Source of the DNA: Verrucomicrobiales bacterium
GTDB taxonomy: Bacteria; Verrucomicrobiota; Verrucomicrobiia; Verrucomicrobiales; Akkermansiaceae
Direction: 5' to 3'
DNA: 64,000 nucleotides
NCBI GenBank assembly: GCA_038235225.1
Contig: JBBSUD010000002.1
Span: 16,270-80,269, forward strand
A model generated the notes under the pieces. The model had not been told where the DNA came from. It saw nothing but the letters and a program-made list of their open reading frames with translations, and ran no database searches. Of this stretch, positions 28,414-37,256 are shown in pieces; position 1 is the first letter of the stretch, and each line of letters opens with the position of its first letter. The translations under genes were made by a program, and so were the position numbers.

Positions 28414-30303
28414 GAGCCTGTCCCAGGAGCGGTGCTTTTTTATGATCGACGCAATAGGCGTTCAATCGAACACTTTCCGGATTCCGAATCGGTGAAAAGT
28501 TTGGCGAAAGTGGGGCTGGATTCGCTCATTTACGGGATTTTTCGCGTTTTCAGGTCCGGTGAGGACGCAGTGATCCCGGATCGACGGTGGCGATCCCGCT
28601 TCTGATGGCCCTGCGCTCCGCTATCAGCCCGCTCGCTCCATAGCCGCCCGCACCTTCTCTTCCTGTTCCGCTTTTCGCTTTTTCTCAGCCTCGGCCATGC
28701 GGGCTGCCACCCACAGGTTATGCGTGAGGACGGCCCAGCCGACGGCGACCTCCCGATGCTCGAAGCCTTTGGCTAACAGGGGACGACCGAGGAAACCATT
28801 CTTGAAAATGGCGATCCTTGCCTCGGTGCCGGCCCGGCGCTTGAGCCCCTCGCGGAAGCCTTTCTCGTTGACGAGCTTGTCGGAGAGTTCCTTCGGGTCG
28901 CGCGGACACAGGCCGTTGCCGATGCCTCGTTTTTCTAACATCGTCGTATTAACTTTACTGGCAAGACCGCGATCTCCCCAAACCTTGGCGATGGCGTGTT
29001 GTTGCTCGCCCACGAGCCGCTCAATGGCGGGCTTGATCAGCTTGGAGTCGCACGGGGTGTCTTGGTATAACTGGTAGTCGACGATGATGCCGTCGCCGTT
29101 TTCACCGAGCCAGAGTTTGTTTCCGAATTCGACTTTTGCACCAGCTTTGCCGCGTTGGATGACATTGATAGAGCTGTCATATAAACTCAGAATCTTGTCT
29201 TCATTGGCAACACTGCGACCACCAATGATGCGTTCGTGAGCTTGGTGGATGGCGGCAGGAAGTTGCTCCAACACGCTCTCAATGCGATGAACAATCTGTT
29301 GGGCTTGGCCTTCGCTCAGGTCGCTTTCCTCGCGGCGTGTCTTGAGTGCGTGGAGATGAGCCTTTGCGTGTTTGGCGATGGTATTGACGAAGGATTTCAT
29401 TTCGCGCAGCACTTTCTTGCGCTGTTTCTTGCCATCCTTCGCGTGAAATTTGGCGGTCATTTTCATGCACAACGTGTTCATTGTGCTGAGAAATGCGAGC
29501 GGTTCCTGAGGCATGCGGTTCTTGAGTCCATGCTGGCGGATGACAAGGGTGGCCTTCATCAAGGTGCGGGTGGCATCCCGCAATATCACCCAGTCCACGG
29601 GGAAATGAATGTCGGCCTTGAGGCAGGTGCTGTCGAAATAGATATTATCGAATCTGATAGGTTCTGCAAGTCCCAATGCTGCGGCAGGCGTCATTCCGGT
29701 GCTGTAATCCAGCACTTCTGATGCTAACAGCGCGGTGAGTTTCCCGTTGATCACCCGCACGGTTTGCTCGCTGGCCCAATGGCCGAAGCGGTCGCTGCTG
29801 CTCTTGGCGAACACCTTGACGCAATCGACCTCGCCGACATGCAGGAACCATTGAAGCAGCGAGCTGTCGGCGAGACGGGCGCAGAAGTCGCGGTGGTCGA
29901 GCCCCGTGAGTTGACGGGCGATGTTAGAGCGGAGTGCCAGGACGGTGCGAGAAGCGAAACGGTCGAGCTGTTTGGCACCGATGGCGTGGATATCGATCTG
30001 GCGCTCGGCGAGGACGAGGTTGAGGAATTCCTGCTCAAGGCCGGAGGAGCGGAGAATCGCGTCGATACGCTCGAACCGGGCGCGTTGCTCGCGGTAGTCC
30101 AAAGGACCGTAAACGCAAGGAAGTGCTGGACGAAGGGCGGGCTGGTAAGAGAAGGTGGTCACGGTTCGGGGCTGGATTTAGTCTGCTAACCAAATCATAG
30201 ACCCTGAATTTGGGGCATGGGAGCCTTTTTTGGCTCCCATGCCTTAATTTTTTGCCCGGCAAAGTGCTGTGCAACAAGGGGTTGTGGGGTTTGGGACAGG
30301 CTC
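28414..30303 (-). mobile_element. Intact 1890-bp insertion sequence (ISNCY family, probably ISDol1-like)
   Basis: 12-bp TIR GAGCCTGTCCCA (28414-28425) / TGGGACAGGCTC (30292-30303), 6-bp TSD TAGATA (28408-28413 and 30304-30309), and a single 512-aa DDE transposase. Confidence 0.9.
28624..30162 (-). CDS. DDE transposase
   Basis: YFDSTCLKADIHFPVDW, KILSLYD.S...I..GKAGAKVEFG, WGDRGLAS and RRAGTEARI.IFKN. Confidence 0.9.
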   Translation of the reverse strand: MTTFSYQPALRPALPCVYGPLDYREQRARFERIDAILRSSGLEQEFLNLVLAERQIDIHAIGAKQLDRFASRTVLALRSNIARQLTGLDHRDFCARLADSSLLQWFLHVGEVDCVKVFAKSSSDRFGHWASEQTVRVINGKLTALLASEVLDYSTGMTPAAALGLAEPIRFDNIYFDSTCLKADIHFPVDWVILRDATRTLMKATLVIRQHGLKNRMPQEPLAFLSTMNTLCMKMTAKFHAKDGKKQRKKVLREMKSFVNTIAKHAKAHLHALKTRREESDLSEGQAQQIVHRIESVLEQLPAAIHQAHERIIGGRSVANEDKILSLYDSSINVIQRGKAGAKVEFGNKLWLGENGDGIIVDYQLYQDTPCDSKLIKPAIERLVGEQQHAIAKVWGDRGLASKVNTTMLEKRGIGNGLCPRDPKELSDKLVNEKGFREGLKRRAGTEARIAIFKNGFLGRPLLAKGFEHREVAVGWAVLTHNLWVAARMAEAEKKRKAEQEEKVRAAMERAG

Positions 30304-30340
30304 TAGATATTGTTAGCCTGCCGACCCGGCTTCGGCTTCA

Positions 30341-31861
30341 TCACCGCTGCCATGCGATGATTTTTTTCATGATGGATGCGATGAATGGCGTGAGGCGGGC
30401 CTTGTTATAGAGATCCCCGGTTTTACGGATCGCCTCGGCTTGGGTGGGGTAGGGATGGATGCAGTTCGCGATTTTCCCGAGGCCGATGCCTTGGGTCATG
30501 GCAATGGAAATGGACGCAATCATATCCCCCGCGTTGGCGGCGACGATGGTGGCGCCGAGGATCTCGTCGCTGCCTTTCCTGACATGGATGCGGACGAATC
30601 CCTCGGTTTCGCCTTCGAGGATCGCTCGGTCCACACCGGACATCGGCTGGGTGAAGGTATCAACTTCGATGTCTTGTTCTCTGGCTTCTGCAGAGTTCAG
30701 CCCGATGCGTGCAAGCTCCGGCGAGGTATAAGTACACCATGGAATGACGAGGTCGCTATGTTTGACGCGACCGAAAAACAACGCATTGCGGACCACGGCG
30801 CGGGCCATGAAATCGGCGGCATGGGTGAATTGATAGGGAGAGCAGATATCGCCTGCGGCGAAGATGCGTTTGTGGGTGGTGCGGAAACGGTCGTCGATGG
30901 TCACGCCCTTTTTCGTGTGCTCCACACCGGCTTTTTCGAGATCGAGTCCTTCCACATTGGGTGCGCGGCCGGTCGCCACCAGGAGTTGATCCACGGTGAT
31001 GTCATAGCTGTCGTCTCCAGATTCCACGCGCATGCGGATGCCGCCATTGCCGCCGGGTGATAGTTTCAGTTTCCTGCCCGAGCCGAGGATTTTCACAGCA
31101 TCTCGGACAAGGTGCTTCTCGATAATTGCCGCGGCATCCGGCTCTTCCTTGTCGAGTATGCCGGATGAGGATTTGACGAGATAGGCTTCGGAACCGAGAC
31201 GCGCGAAAGCCTGCGCCATTTCGCAGCCGATAGGTCCCGCACCGATGACGCCGATGCGCTTCGGGCGTTCCGTTAGCGAGAAGATCGTTTCGTTGGTATG
31301 ATAGGAAACCGTGTCGAGTCCCTCGATCGGCGGCGCGGAAGCGCGTGCGCCGGTGCAGATGACAGCTTTGGAAAAATGCAGCTTCGCTCCGGCGACTTCG
31401 ATATGGGAGGAATCGATAAACTTTCCTTGGCCCAAGAATACGTAGATGCCGAGCGAGGTGTAGCGCTTCACCGAATCGTGGGGTGAAATGTCGCTGCGGA
31501 GCTTTCTCATGCGTTGCATGACTTTTGCGAAATCCACCTCGGTCCCTAGCGGCACGTTCACGCCGAAGCCCCCGGCATCTCGCACGGCGGCGGCGGCGCG
31601 GGCCGAGCTGATGATCGCCTTCGATGGCACGCAGCCGACATTCAGGCAGTCGCCACCCATGAACTGGCGCTCGATCAACGCGACCTTCGCCCCCAGCCCC
31701 GCCGCGGCGGATGCGGTGACAAGCCCGGCGGTGCCAGCACCTATGACGACGAGATCGTATTTCCCGGAAGGCACCGGGTTCGTCCAATCGGCGGGATGAA
31801 CGTTGGCCACGAGCTTCGCATTATACTCGTCATCGGGCTCCATACGGTGGGGCGTGCTCAT
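30341..31861 (-). CDS. MerA/LpdA-like FAD-dependent pyridine nucleotide-disulfide oxidoreductase (no C-terminal Cys-Cys)
   Basis: VIGAGTAG, GGDCLNVGCVPSK, GAGPIGCEMAQ, ATGRAPN, IFAAGD and IHPYPTQAE. Confidence 0.9.
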   Translation of the reverse strand: MSTPHRMEPDDEYNAKLVANVHPADWTNPVPSGKYDLVVIGAGTAGLVTASAAAGLGAKVALIERQFMGGDCLNVGCVPSKAIISSARAAAAVRDAGGFGVNVPLGTEVDFAKVMQRMRKLRSDISPHDSVKRYTSLGIYVFLGQGKFIDSSHIEVAGAKLHFSKAVICTGARASAPPIEGLDTVSYHTNETIFSLTERPKRIGVIGAGPIGCEMAQAFARLGSEAYLVKSSSGILDKEEPDAAAIIEKHLVRDAVKILGSGRKLKLSPGGNGGIRMRVESGDDSYDITVDQLLVATGRAPNVEGLDLEKAGVEHTKKGVTIDDRFRTTHKRIFAAGDICSPYQFTHAADFMARAVVRNALFFGRVKHSDLVIPWCTYTSPELARIGLNSAEAREQDIEVDTFTQPMSGVDRAILEGETEGFVRIHVRKGSDEILGATIVAANAGDMIASISIAMTQGIGLGKIANCIHPYPTQAEAIRKTGDLYNKARLTPFIASIMKKIIAWQR

Positions 31862-32469
31862 GTTTCCGTTATGTTCGGTCCTTCGGAATCATCAATTTTT
31901 CCCGACAGCGCGCGCTTGGCGATTTTGGTGATCCAGACGGTTACGATGATGGTGGCGACCAACCCGATTCCATAAAACACCTTCTGTGAGGTCGTCGTTT
32001 CGCTGGCGGCAACTTTAGCGATCGAGCCGAGATAAACATAAAGAATAGTCACCGGAAGCATGCCGATCCACGATGCACCGACGGCCTGCCAAAAGCCGAT
32101 CTTCGTGAGGCCGAGCGCGTAGTTGAGAAATGTGAATGGGAAAACGGGCGATAGCCTTAGCAGCATAATCATCTTCCAGCCTTCGCGACCGACCGCTTCG
32201 TCGATTGCCTTGAATTTCGGCTTATCCTTTAGTTTTTTATCGATCCAATTCCGCAGTGCGAACCGACCTAGCAGGAAGCTCACCGCGGCGGCGAGAGTTG
32301 AGGCGACGGAAACGAGCAGGGTTCCCTCTACCAGTCCGAAAATCGCCCCGGCGGAGAGTGTCAGGATACTGCCCGGCACGAATGCGACGGTTGCGCCCAC
32401 GTAAAGTAGGACAAAAAGCACGGGCGCCCAGATGCCTTGGGCCTGGACCCAATCGAGGATGTGTTGCAT
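31858..32469 (-). CDS. TVP38/TMEM64 (DedA/VTT) family membrane protein
   Basis: VPGSILTLSAGAIFG...LLRLSPVFPFTFLNYALGLTKI...IGMLP.TILYVYLG. Confidence 0.92.
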   Translation of the reverse strand: MQHILDWVQAQGIWAPVLFVLLYVGATVAFVPGSILTLSAGAIFGLVEGTLLVSVASTLAAAVSFLLGRFALRNWIDKKLKDKPKFKAIDEAVGREGWKMIMLLRLSPVFPFTFLNYALGLTKIGFWQAVGASWIGMLPVTILYVYLGSIAKVAASETTTSQKVFYGIGLVATIIVTVWITKIAKRALSGKIDDSEGPNITET

Positions 32470-32475
32470 GCGGAG

Positions 32476-33777
32476 TTATAGGTAAGTTATGGATCGAACC
32501 CGCGCGATCCACCGGGGCGGGACGCTCAGGAAATAGGCAGCAAGCATCAATTGATGTCGAAGGAATGTGCGCACGATGCCGCCCGTTTCCCAGCGCCGCG
32601 GCGATGTCAAAGCTGCCTGCGGCGCCGTCCGGACCGGGCCAAGCCGCTTGAGCCGGCGGACCAGATGGAGGTCCTCCATCGCCGGCCAATCGGGAAATCC
32701 TCCGAGGTGGCGGAAGATGCTCCGGCGGATGAACAACCCTTGGTCGCCATAAGGCATACCTAGCAGATCGCAGCGCAGATGCACGAGTGACTCGATCAAG
32801 GGCGCGGCAGCGAGATCTCCCGCAAGCTGGAATCGGAATGCGCCTGCGCTCGTCCCGGGCTTCTGCAATATCCGGCCCACTACTTCACCATAGTCTAGCG
32901 GCGGCAAAGTATCCGCATGGAGAAACAACAGGAACTCGCCCGTCGCCATGGCGGCGGCCACATTCATTTGCGTGGACCGCCCTTTCGGAGTTTCGATCAC
33001 GCGGACGCCCGCTTTTCCGGCTATCGCTTTGGTTTGGTCCGTGCTGCCTCCGTCCGCGATGATGATTTCGTGCGGCGGCGATTCCAAGAGCCGCTCGAGA
33101 AGTATGGAAATCCAAGTAGCCTCATTCAGTGTGGGAATGATGACAGAGAGCGAATTTCCCACGGTGAGCGCGGCATTTGCAGCCGGGAGATCGTCCGGCG
33201 TGTCCACATCCGGGCGGGCGTCCAAAAGAGCGACATGCGCTCCGCACGCGGCGGCGGCAGCCAGCGATTGATTTAGAACCTGCGGTCCGCCCCATTCGAT
33301 GTTAGTGAAAATTCCGGGACACGGTTTATTCAGACCGACGAGATAATAGCCGCCATCCGCCGCGGGGCCGAAAACCAGATCCGCGCGTTCCAGCGCTTGG
33401 AATGCCTTCGCGAGAAGCGGCTCGTCGATCGACGGGCAGTCGGTTCCGGTGATGACCACGCGGCGGGCGCCATCGGCAAACGCCTGCTCCACTGCGGCGT
33501 GCAATCGGGCTCCCAAATCGCCATTTCCCTGCACCCGGCAATCGATATCTCCCAACCATATCTTTCCTTCGACGGCGGTCCCGCCTTCCAAGCGAATCTG
33601 CAAGCGGGTGCCGGGATGCATCATCGCGTAAGAAGAGGCCCGACCTATGGCATGCCGTGCGAGGCGGTCGTGGAAATCCGCAGCACCAATCGTGCCCAGC
33701 GCGGGGATCAATCGTGTCTTGTTCCGGCCTTCACAGGGAAGGCGCGTCATCACGATGATGGTGTCTTGCCGCTTCAC
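32476..33777 (-). CDS. Fused arsenosugar-cluster transferases: TIGR04282 (DUF2064) plus TIGR04283 (GT2)
   Basis: N-half GRNKTRL...QGNGDLGARL...TGTDCP...GPAADGGYYLVGL...DVDTPDDL. C-half SVIIPTLNE..DGGSTD..GRSTQMN..LFLHADT..PYGDQGLFIRR..MED..SPRRWE. The GTG start at 33777 overlaps the DUF547 stop. Confidence 0.88.
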   Translation of the reverse strand: MKRQDTIIVMTRLPCEGRNKTRLIPALGTIGAADFHDRLARHAIGRASSYAMMHPGTRLQIRLEGGTAVEGKIWLGDIDCRVQGNGDLGARLHAAVEQAFADGARRVVITGTDCPSIDEPLLAKAFQALERADLVFGPAADGGYYLVGLNKPCPGIFTNIEWGGPQVLNQSLAAAAACGAHVALLDARPDVDTPDDLPAANAALTVGNSLSVIIPTLNEATWISILLERLLESPPHEIIIADGGSTDQTKAIAGKAGVRVIETPKGRSTQMNVAAAMATGEFLLFLHADTLPPLDYGEVVGRILQKPGTSAGAFRFQLAGDLAAAPLIESLVHLRCDLLGMPYGDQGLFIRRSIFRHLGGFPDWPAMEDLHLVRRLKRLGPVRTAPQAALTSPRRWETGGIVRTFLRHQLMLAAYFLSVPPRWIARVRSITYL

Positions 33778-34565
33778 TGTTTGTTGAGATCCCAATTGTA
33801 GTCGGTATATTTGATGCCGAGTCCGCCGCGGAGGATGACTTTGCCTTGTTCATCGTTGAAAAGCGGTGCCACGAATTTTTCGACAGAGCCGGACTTGCCG
33901 GTAAAGTCCTGTTTGAACCACTTGAAGATCGGCGAGAGATAGAGCACTCCGCTTTTAGCATCGACTCGGTTCTTCGAGCTATCGCCCAAGAAAATCCTGC
34001 CTTGCTCATTGAGTTGAGGATCGAGCTTGGAGGCTTGGTAGGCTTCCGCACGCAGGGACGGACAACCGATCGATGCACAATTAATGGCGAAGTGGATGCG
34101 CGGGTCATTGAACTTCGGTCGGAGCAGATCGTTCTCGATATAGTCGAGGGTTTGCTTCTTTCCGAACAGCCGGACGACGGGTTGCTTCCATGGCCCGCTG
34201 AAAAGGCCGCCGATGTCTTTGATGCTGTCCACCGGATAGTGATCGATTACGAGCTTGAGAGTCGCGGCGTTATAGAGATTGATGAGATATGCCATCCGCT
34301 CATCGCGGGGCCAGCCGTTGAAGCTGGATTCGGACACGGCAGCAAGCGAATCCAGATAAACATCGAGCGGTTTTGGATTCCTTTTCAATCCTGCGTAATC
34401 GACCTTCTTGCCTTTCACATGCGCCCCGAGAATCAAAGTTAAGGCGGAGTGCGATCGGTCGAAATCCTGGCGGGTGTTGGCAATGGTTTGGAGCTCCTGT
34501 GCCTGCGATACCACGGTGAGTATGGGGAACAAAGCGAGAGCGGTGGCGAATGTGAGATTTTTCAT
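33774..34565 (-). CDS. DUF547 domain secreted protein
   Basis: Signal peptide; AYLINLYNA.T, LDYIENDLLRP, DPRIHFAINCASIGCP and YLSPIFKWFKQDF. Confidence 0.9.
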   Translation of the reverse strand: MKNLTFATALALFPILTVVSQAQELQTIANTRQDFDRSHSALTLILGAHVKGKKVDYAGLKRNPKPLDVYLDSLAAVSESSFNGWPRDERMAYLINLYNAATLKLVIDHYPVDSIKDIGGLFSGPWKQPVVRLFGKKQTLDYIENDLLRPKFNDPRIHFAINCASIGCPSLRAEAYQASKLDPQLNEQGRIFLGDSSKNRVDAKSGVLYLSPIFKWFKQDFTGKSGSVEKFVAPLFNDEQGKVILRGGLGIKYTDYNWDLNKQ

Positions 34566-34571
34566 GATGAT

Positions 34572-35531
34572 TCAGGCATTAGCTGTTTCCAGCGCGCCGC
34601 TGCAACTGCTGCCGTGGCCGGCGGTGCAGCCGAAGCAATGATTTGCGGTGAGGATCGGGAGGTCCGCCATCGAGTCCGGAGTGATGTCCCAGAGATAAAG
34701 TTTTTGGTCATTGCGCTTTTGTTGCATGCGGAGCATTTGGTTGAAATCGCAGTCGAAGACCTCGCCCTCGTAACCGATATTGATGGTGGACCGGCACATA
34801 AGTCCCCCGACCGTGGCGGGGTTGAAACTATTCGCCAGCAATTCCATATAGTAATCCCACTGTCCGTGCTCGCGGAGGTCCACCGCGAAGCGGGCGATCG
34901 GGAGATTCGTGATCGCAAAGAGGCGGGTGAAAACGATGCCGTAGCGTTTCTTTAGCTCGTCCTTGTAGTCCGCTTCAAGTTCTGCTTGGTCGGGCGGCAG
35001 CTTCGCGCCGATGGGATTGTAAACGAGGGTCAGCGGGAGGCGGGTGCCATAGCCAGCGGCATTGAGTTTCTTCAGCGCGGAAATGCTCTTTTGGAAAACT
35101 CCGTTGCCGCGCTGGGAATCGACATTGTCTTCCAGATAGCAGGGCAGGGATGCGACAACTTCCACTTCATGCCGGGCGAGAAACTCCGGCAGATAGGCAT
35201 GGCTTTTCGTCTCGATGATCGTGAGATTGTTTCGGTCGATGACATGCGAACCGACCGAGCGGGCCGTCTCAACGAAATACCTGAAATGCTCGCTGATTTC
35301 AGGCGCGCCGCCGGTGATGTCCACGGTCGCGGGCCGATGTTCCACAATCCAGGCGCCGACTTTGCGGGCAGTTTCCCGATCCATCATCTCGGTGCGGGTC
35401 GGGCCGGCATCGACGTGGCAGTGGGTGCAGGTCTGGTTGCATTTGCGACCGACATTGATCTGCAGCGTCTCGAAGCGGCCGCGATCCAGCGGAACTTTGT
35501 TTTGGTGGAGAAGTGTCTGGAAGTTATTCAT
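34572..35531 (-). CDS. arsS: Arsenosugar biosynthesis radical SAM protein ArsS (TIGR04167-type)
   Basis: TLQINVGRKCNQTCTHCHVDAGP (CxxxCxxC), DITGGAPE, ASLPCY, LVYNP, GLMCR, DCDFNQML and HCFGCTAGHGSSC. Confidence 0.92.
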   Translation of the reverse strand: MNNFQTLLHQNKVPLDRGRFETLQINVGRKCNQTCTHCHVDAGPTRTEMMDRETARKVGAWIVEHRPATVDITGGAPEISEHFRYFVETARSVGSHVIDRNNLTIIETKSHAYLPEFLARHEVEVVASLPCYLEDNVDSQRGNGVFQKSISALKKLNAAGYGTRLPLTLVYNPIGAKLPPDQAELEADYKDELKKRYGIVFTRLFAITNLPIARFAVDLREHGQWDYYMELLANSFNPATVGGLMCRSTINIGYEGEVFDCDFNQMLRMQQKRNDQKLYLWDITPDSMADLPILTANHCFGCTAGHGSSCSGALETANA

Positions 35532-35581
35532 GAGAGAAGTGAATCGGTGACCGCTTTGGATGTGAGGATCGGGCGGCGTTT

Positions 35582-36409
35582 CTATTCGGATATGTTTTTC
35601 CGGAGCGGCGGGATGCGGGTGAATGCTTTTGCAGATGGCGGATCCTCATCGAGTTTCGAGAAGACGCGCTGGCAGGAATCGCTCTCGAAGAAGGCGTCGC
35701 AGCAGGCGGATTCGAGGATTTCTCCGTGGCCGTTGTCCGTGCAGAGGCAGGCGATCCAGTCGGTCAGGCGGCGGGCTTGGTCGAGATTGTGGGTGACGAG
35801 GATGACGCTGCGGGTGGCTCGCATACTCAGAATCCCCGCCTCCACGGCTTCCGCAGCGCGCGGATCGAGGGCGCTCGTCGGTTCGTCCATGAGCACGATT
35901 TCCGGATCGACGGCCAAGGTGCGGGCAAGACATAGCTGCTGCTGCTGGCCGATGGACAGACGGCGCGCGGGTTCCGTTAGCCGGTCCTTCACCTCATCCC
36001 AGAGAGCGGCTTCGCGGAGCGATTTTTCGATAAGCTCGCCGCGGTCGCGTTTGTTTAGTCGGCGGAGCCGACGGGCACCGAAGATGACGTTATCTGCGAT
36101 GCTGGCGGGAAACACGGCGGGCTGTTGGAATATCATGCCGATGCGCTCGCGGAGGGCGTCGGGATCGACGGCGCGGTCCAGGATTTCGCAGCCATGGAAG
36201 CGGATGCTGCCGGTGACCCGGAAGCCGGGCTGCAGCTCCAGCAGTCGGTTGATGGATCGCAGCAAAGTGCTCTTGCCCGCGCCGGACGGGCCGAGGATGC
36301 CGAGCACTTGTCCGGCTTCGAGCGTTAGATTGACCGACCCGATGATGGCGCGGCCGCCCACGGAGACGCCGAGGTTGCGGATTTCCAGGATGGGGGATCG
36401 ATCAGACAT
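35582..36409 (-). CDS. pstB: PstB-like ABC transporter ATPase with Cys-rich C-terminus
   Basis: GPSGAGKSTLLRSINRL, IGMIFQQP, LREAALWDEVKDRL, LSIGQQQ.LCLAR, MDEPTSALDP and VTHN. Confidence 0.85.
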   Translation of the reverse strand: MSDRSPILEIRNLGVSVGGRAIIGSVNLTLEAGQVLGILGPSGAGKSTLLRSINRLLELQPGFRVTGSIRFHGCEILDRAVDPDALRERIGMIFQQPAVFPASIADNVIFGARRLRRLNKRDRGELIEKSLREAALWDEVKDRLTEPARRLSIGQQQQLCLARTLAVDPEIVLMDEPTSALDPRAAEAVEAGILSMRATRSVILVTHNLDQARRLTDWIACLCTDNGHGEILESACCDAFFESDSCQRVFSKLDEDPPSAKAFTRIPPLRKNISE

Positions 36410-37256
36410 GGTTGGCGGCATCGTGGAATTTCCTGCGGAAGGGTATAGCTAACAGACTTGCCAGGGTAACCAAGGAAACAAGCACCAGCGCGGTGCCCCA
36501 GAGATTGGTCCGGCTGCTTTCCTGAAACGAATCCTGGGCGAGGATGAATATGTGATAGGGAAGCGCGAGTATGGGTTGTTCCTTGATGCCGATGGGGATG
36601 GTGGCGCCGGAAAAGATGGTGGCGACGAAAAGGATCGGCGCCGTTTCCCCGGCGGCTCTGGCGAGGCCGAGCAAGGTGCCGCTAACGAGCGAGGAAGCGC
36701 AGTGTGGCATGATGATACTTCGGACGATCCGTCCGCGGCGCAATCCCAATGCGAACGCGCTATCGAGATACCGCGGCTCGATCGCGCCGATCCGCTGGGC
36801 GGCCGCTATGGCGATGGTGGGAACGATCATGATGCCTAGCAGGATGCCGCCCGCGAGCCAGGATTTCCCCCAGTCGAAGATGCGGGTGAAGACTAGCAGA
36901 CCGAGGATACCGAAGATGATGGAAGGTATCGCATTGAATAACTGAAGCACGAACCCTAACAGGCGCTGGCGGCGGGATCCGAGTGGCAGGAGAAATGAAT
37001 GGACCAATGCAAGTGAGATGGCGATGGGCAGCGCGACCGCCGCGGCGGTGGAGATGAGGATGATGGTGCCCACGATCTGCCAGAGAATGCCGCCGCTCGC
37101 ACCGGCTTCCGAGGTGGCGGTGGAAATGAAGTTCCAATCCACCACGTCCCGGCCTTTCCAAATGAGGACTGCCGCTACCGTGAGGGAAAACAACAACACC
37201 ACCGATGCGGCGGCAGCGGTGAGGATCGACGTCAATGATGCTAACGATTTTCTCAT
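36402..37256 (-). CDS. pstA: PstA-like ABC permease
   Basis: IPSIIFGILGLLVF, LAGGILLGIMIVPTI, LGLARAAGETAPILF and LPYHIFILA. Confidence 0.88.
   Translation of the reverse strand: MRKSLASLTSILTAAAASVVLLFSLTVAAVLIWKGRDVVDWNFISTATSEAGASGGILWQIVGTIILISTAAAVALPIAISLALVHSFLLPLGSRRQRLLGFVLQLFNAIPSIIFGILGLLVFTRIFDWGKSWLAGGILLGIMIVPTIAIAAAQRIGAIEPRYLDSAFALGLRRGRIVRSIIMPHCASSLVSGTLLGLARAAGETAPILFVATIFSGATIPIGIKEQPILALPYHIFILAQDSFQESSRTNLWGTALVLVSLVTLASLLAIPFRRKFHDAANHV

Noticed and set aside
28088-28465. Small ORFs next to the IS as the missing LysR HTH or as passenger genes
   Set aside because: None of the three minus-strand frames shows a LysR HTH signature, and the 125-aa ORF crosses the IS end, so it is a chimera.
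30341-31861. Mercury resistance (merA)
   Set aside because: No C-terminal Cys-Cys, no NmerA domain, and no merR/merT/merP nearby; the context is arsenic-related.
34572-34640. Possible selenocysteine in the ArsS C-terminus, as in some TIGR04167 members
   Set aside because: The GSSC position is encoded by TGC (Cys), and the frame runs to a normal TGA with no in-frame recoding needed.
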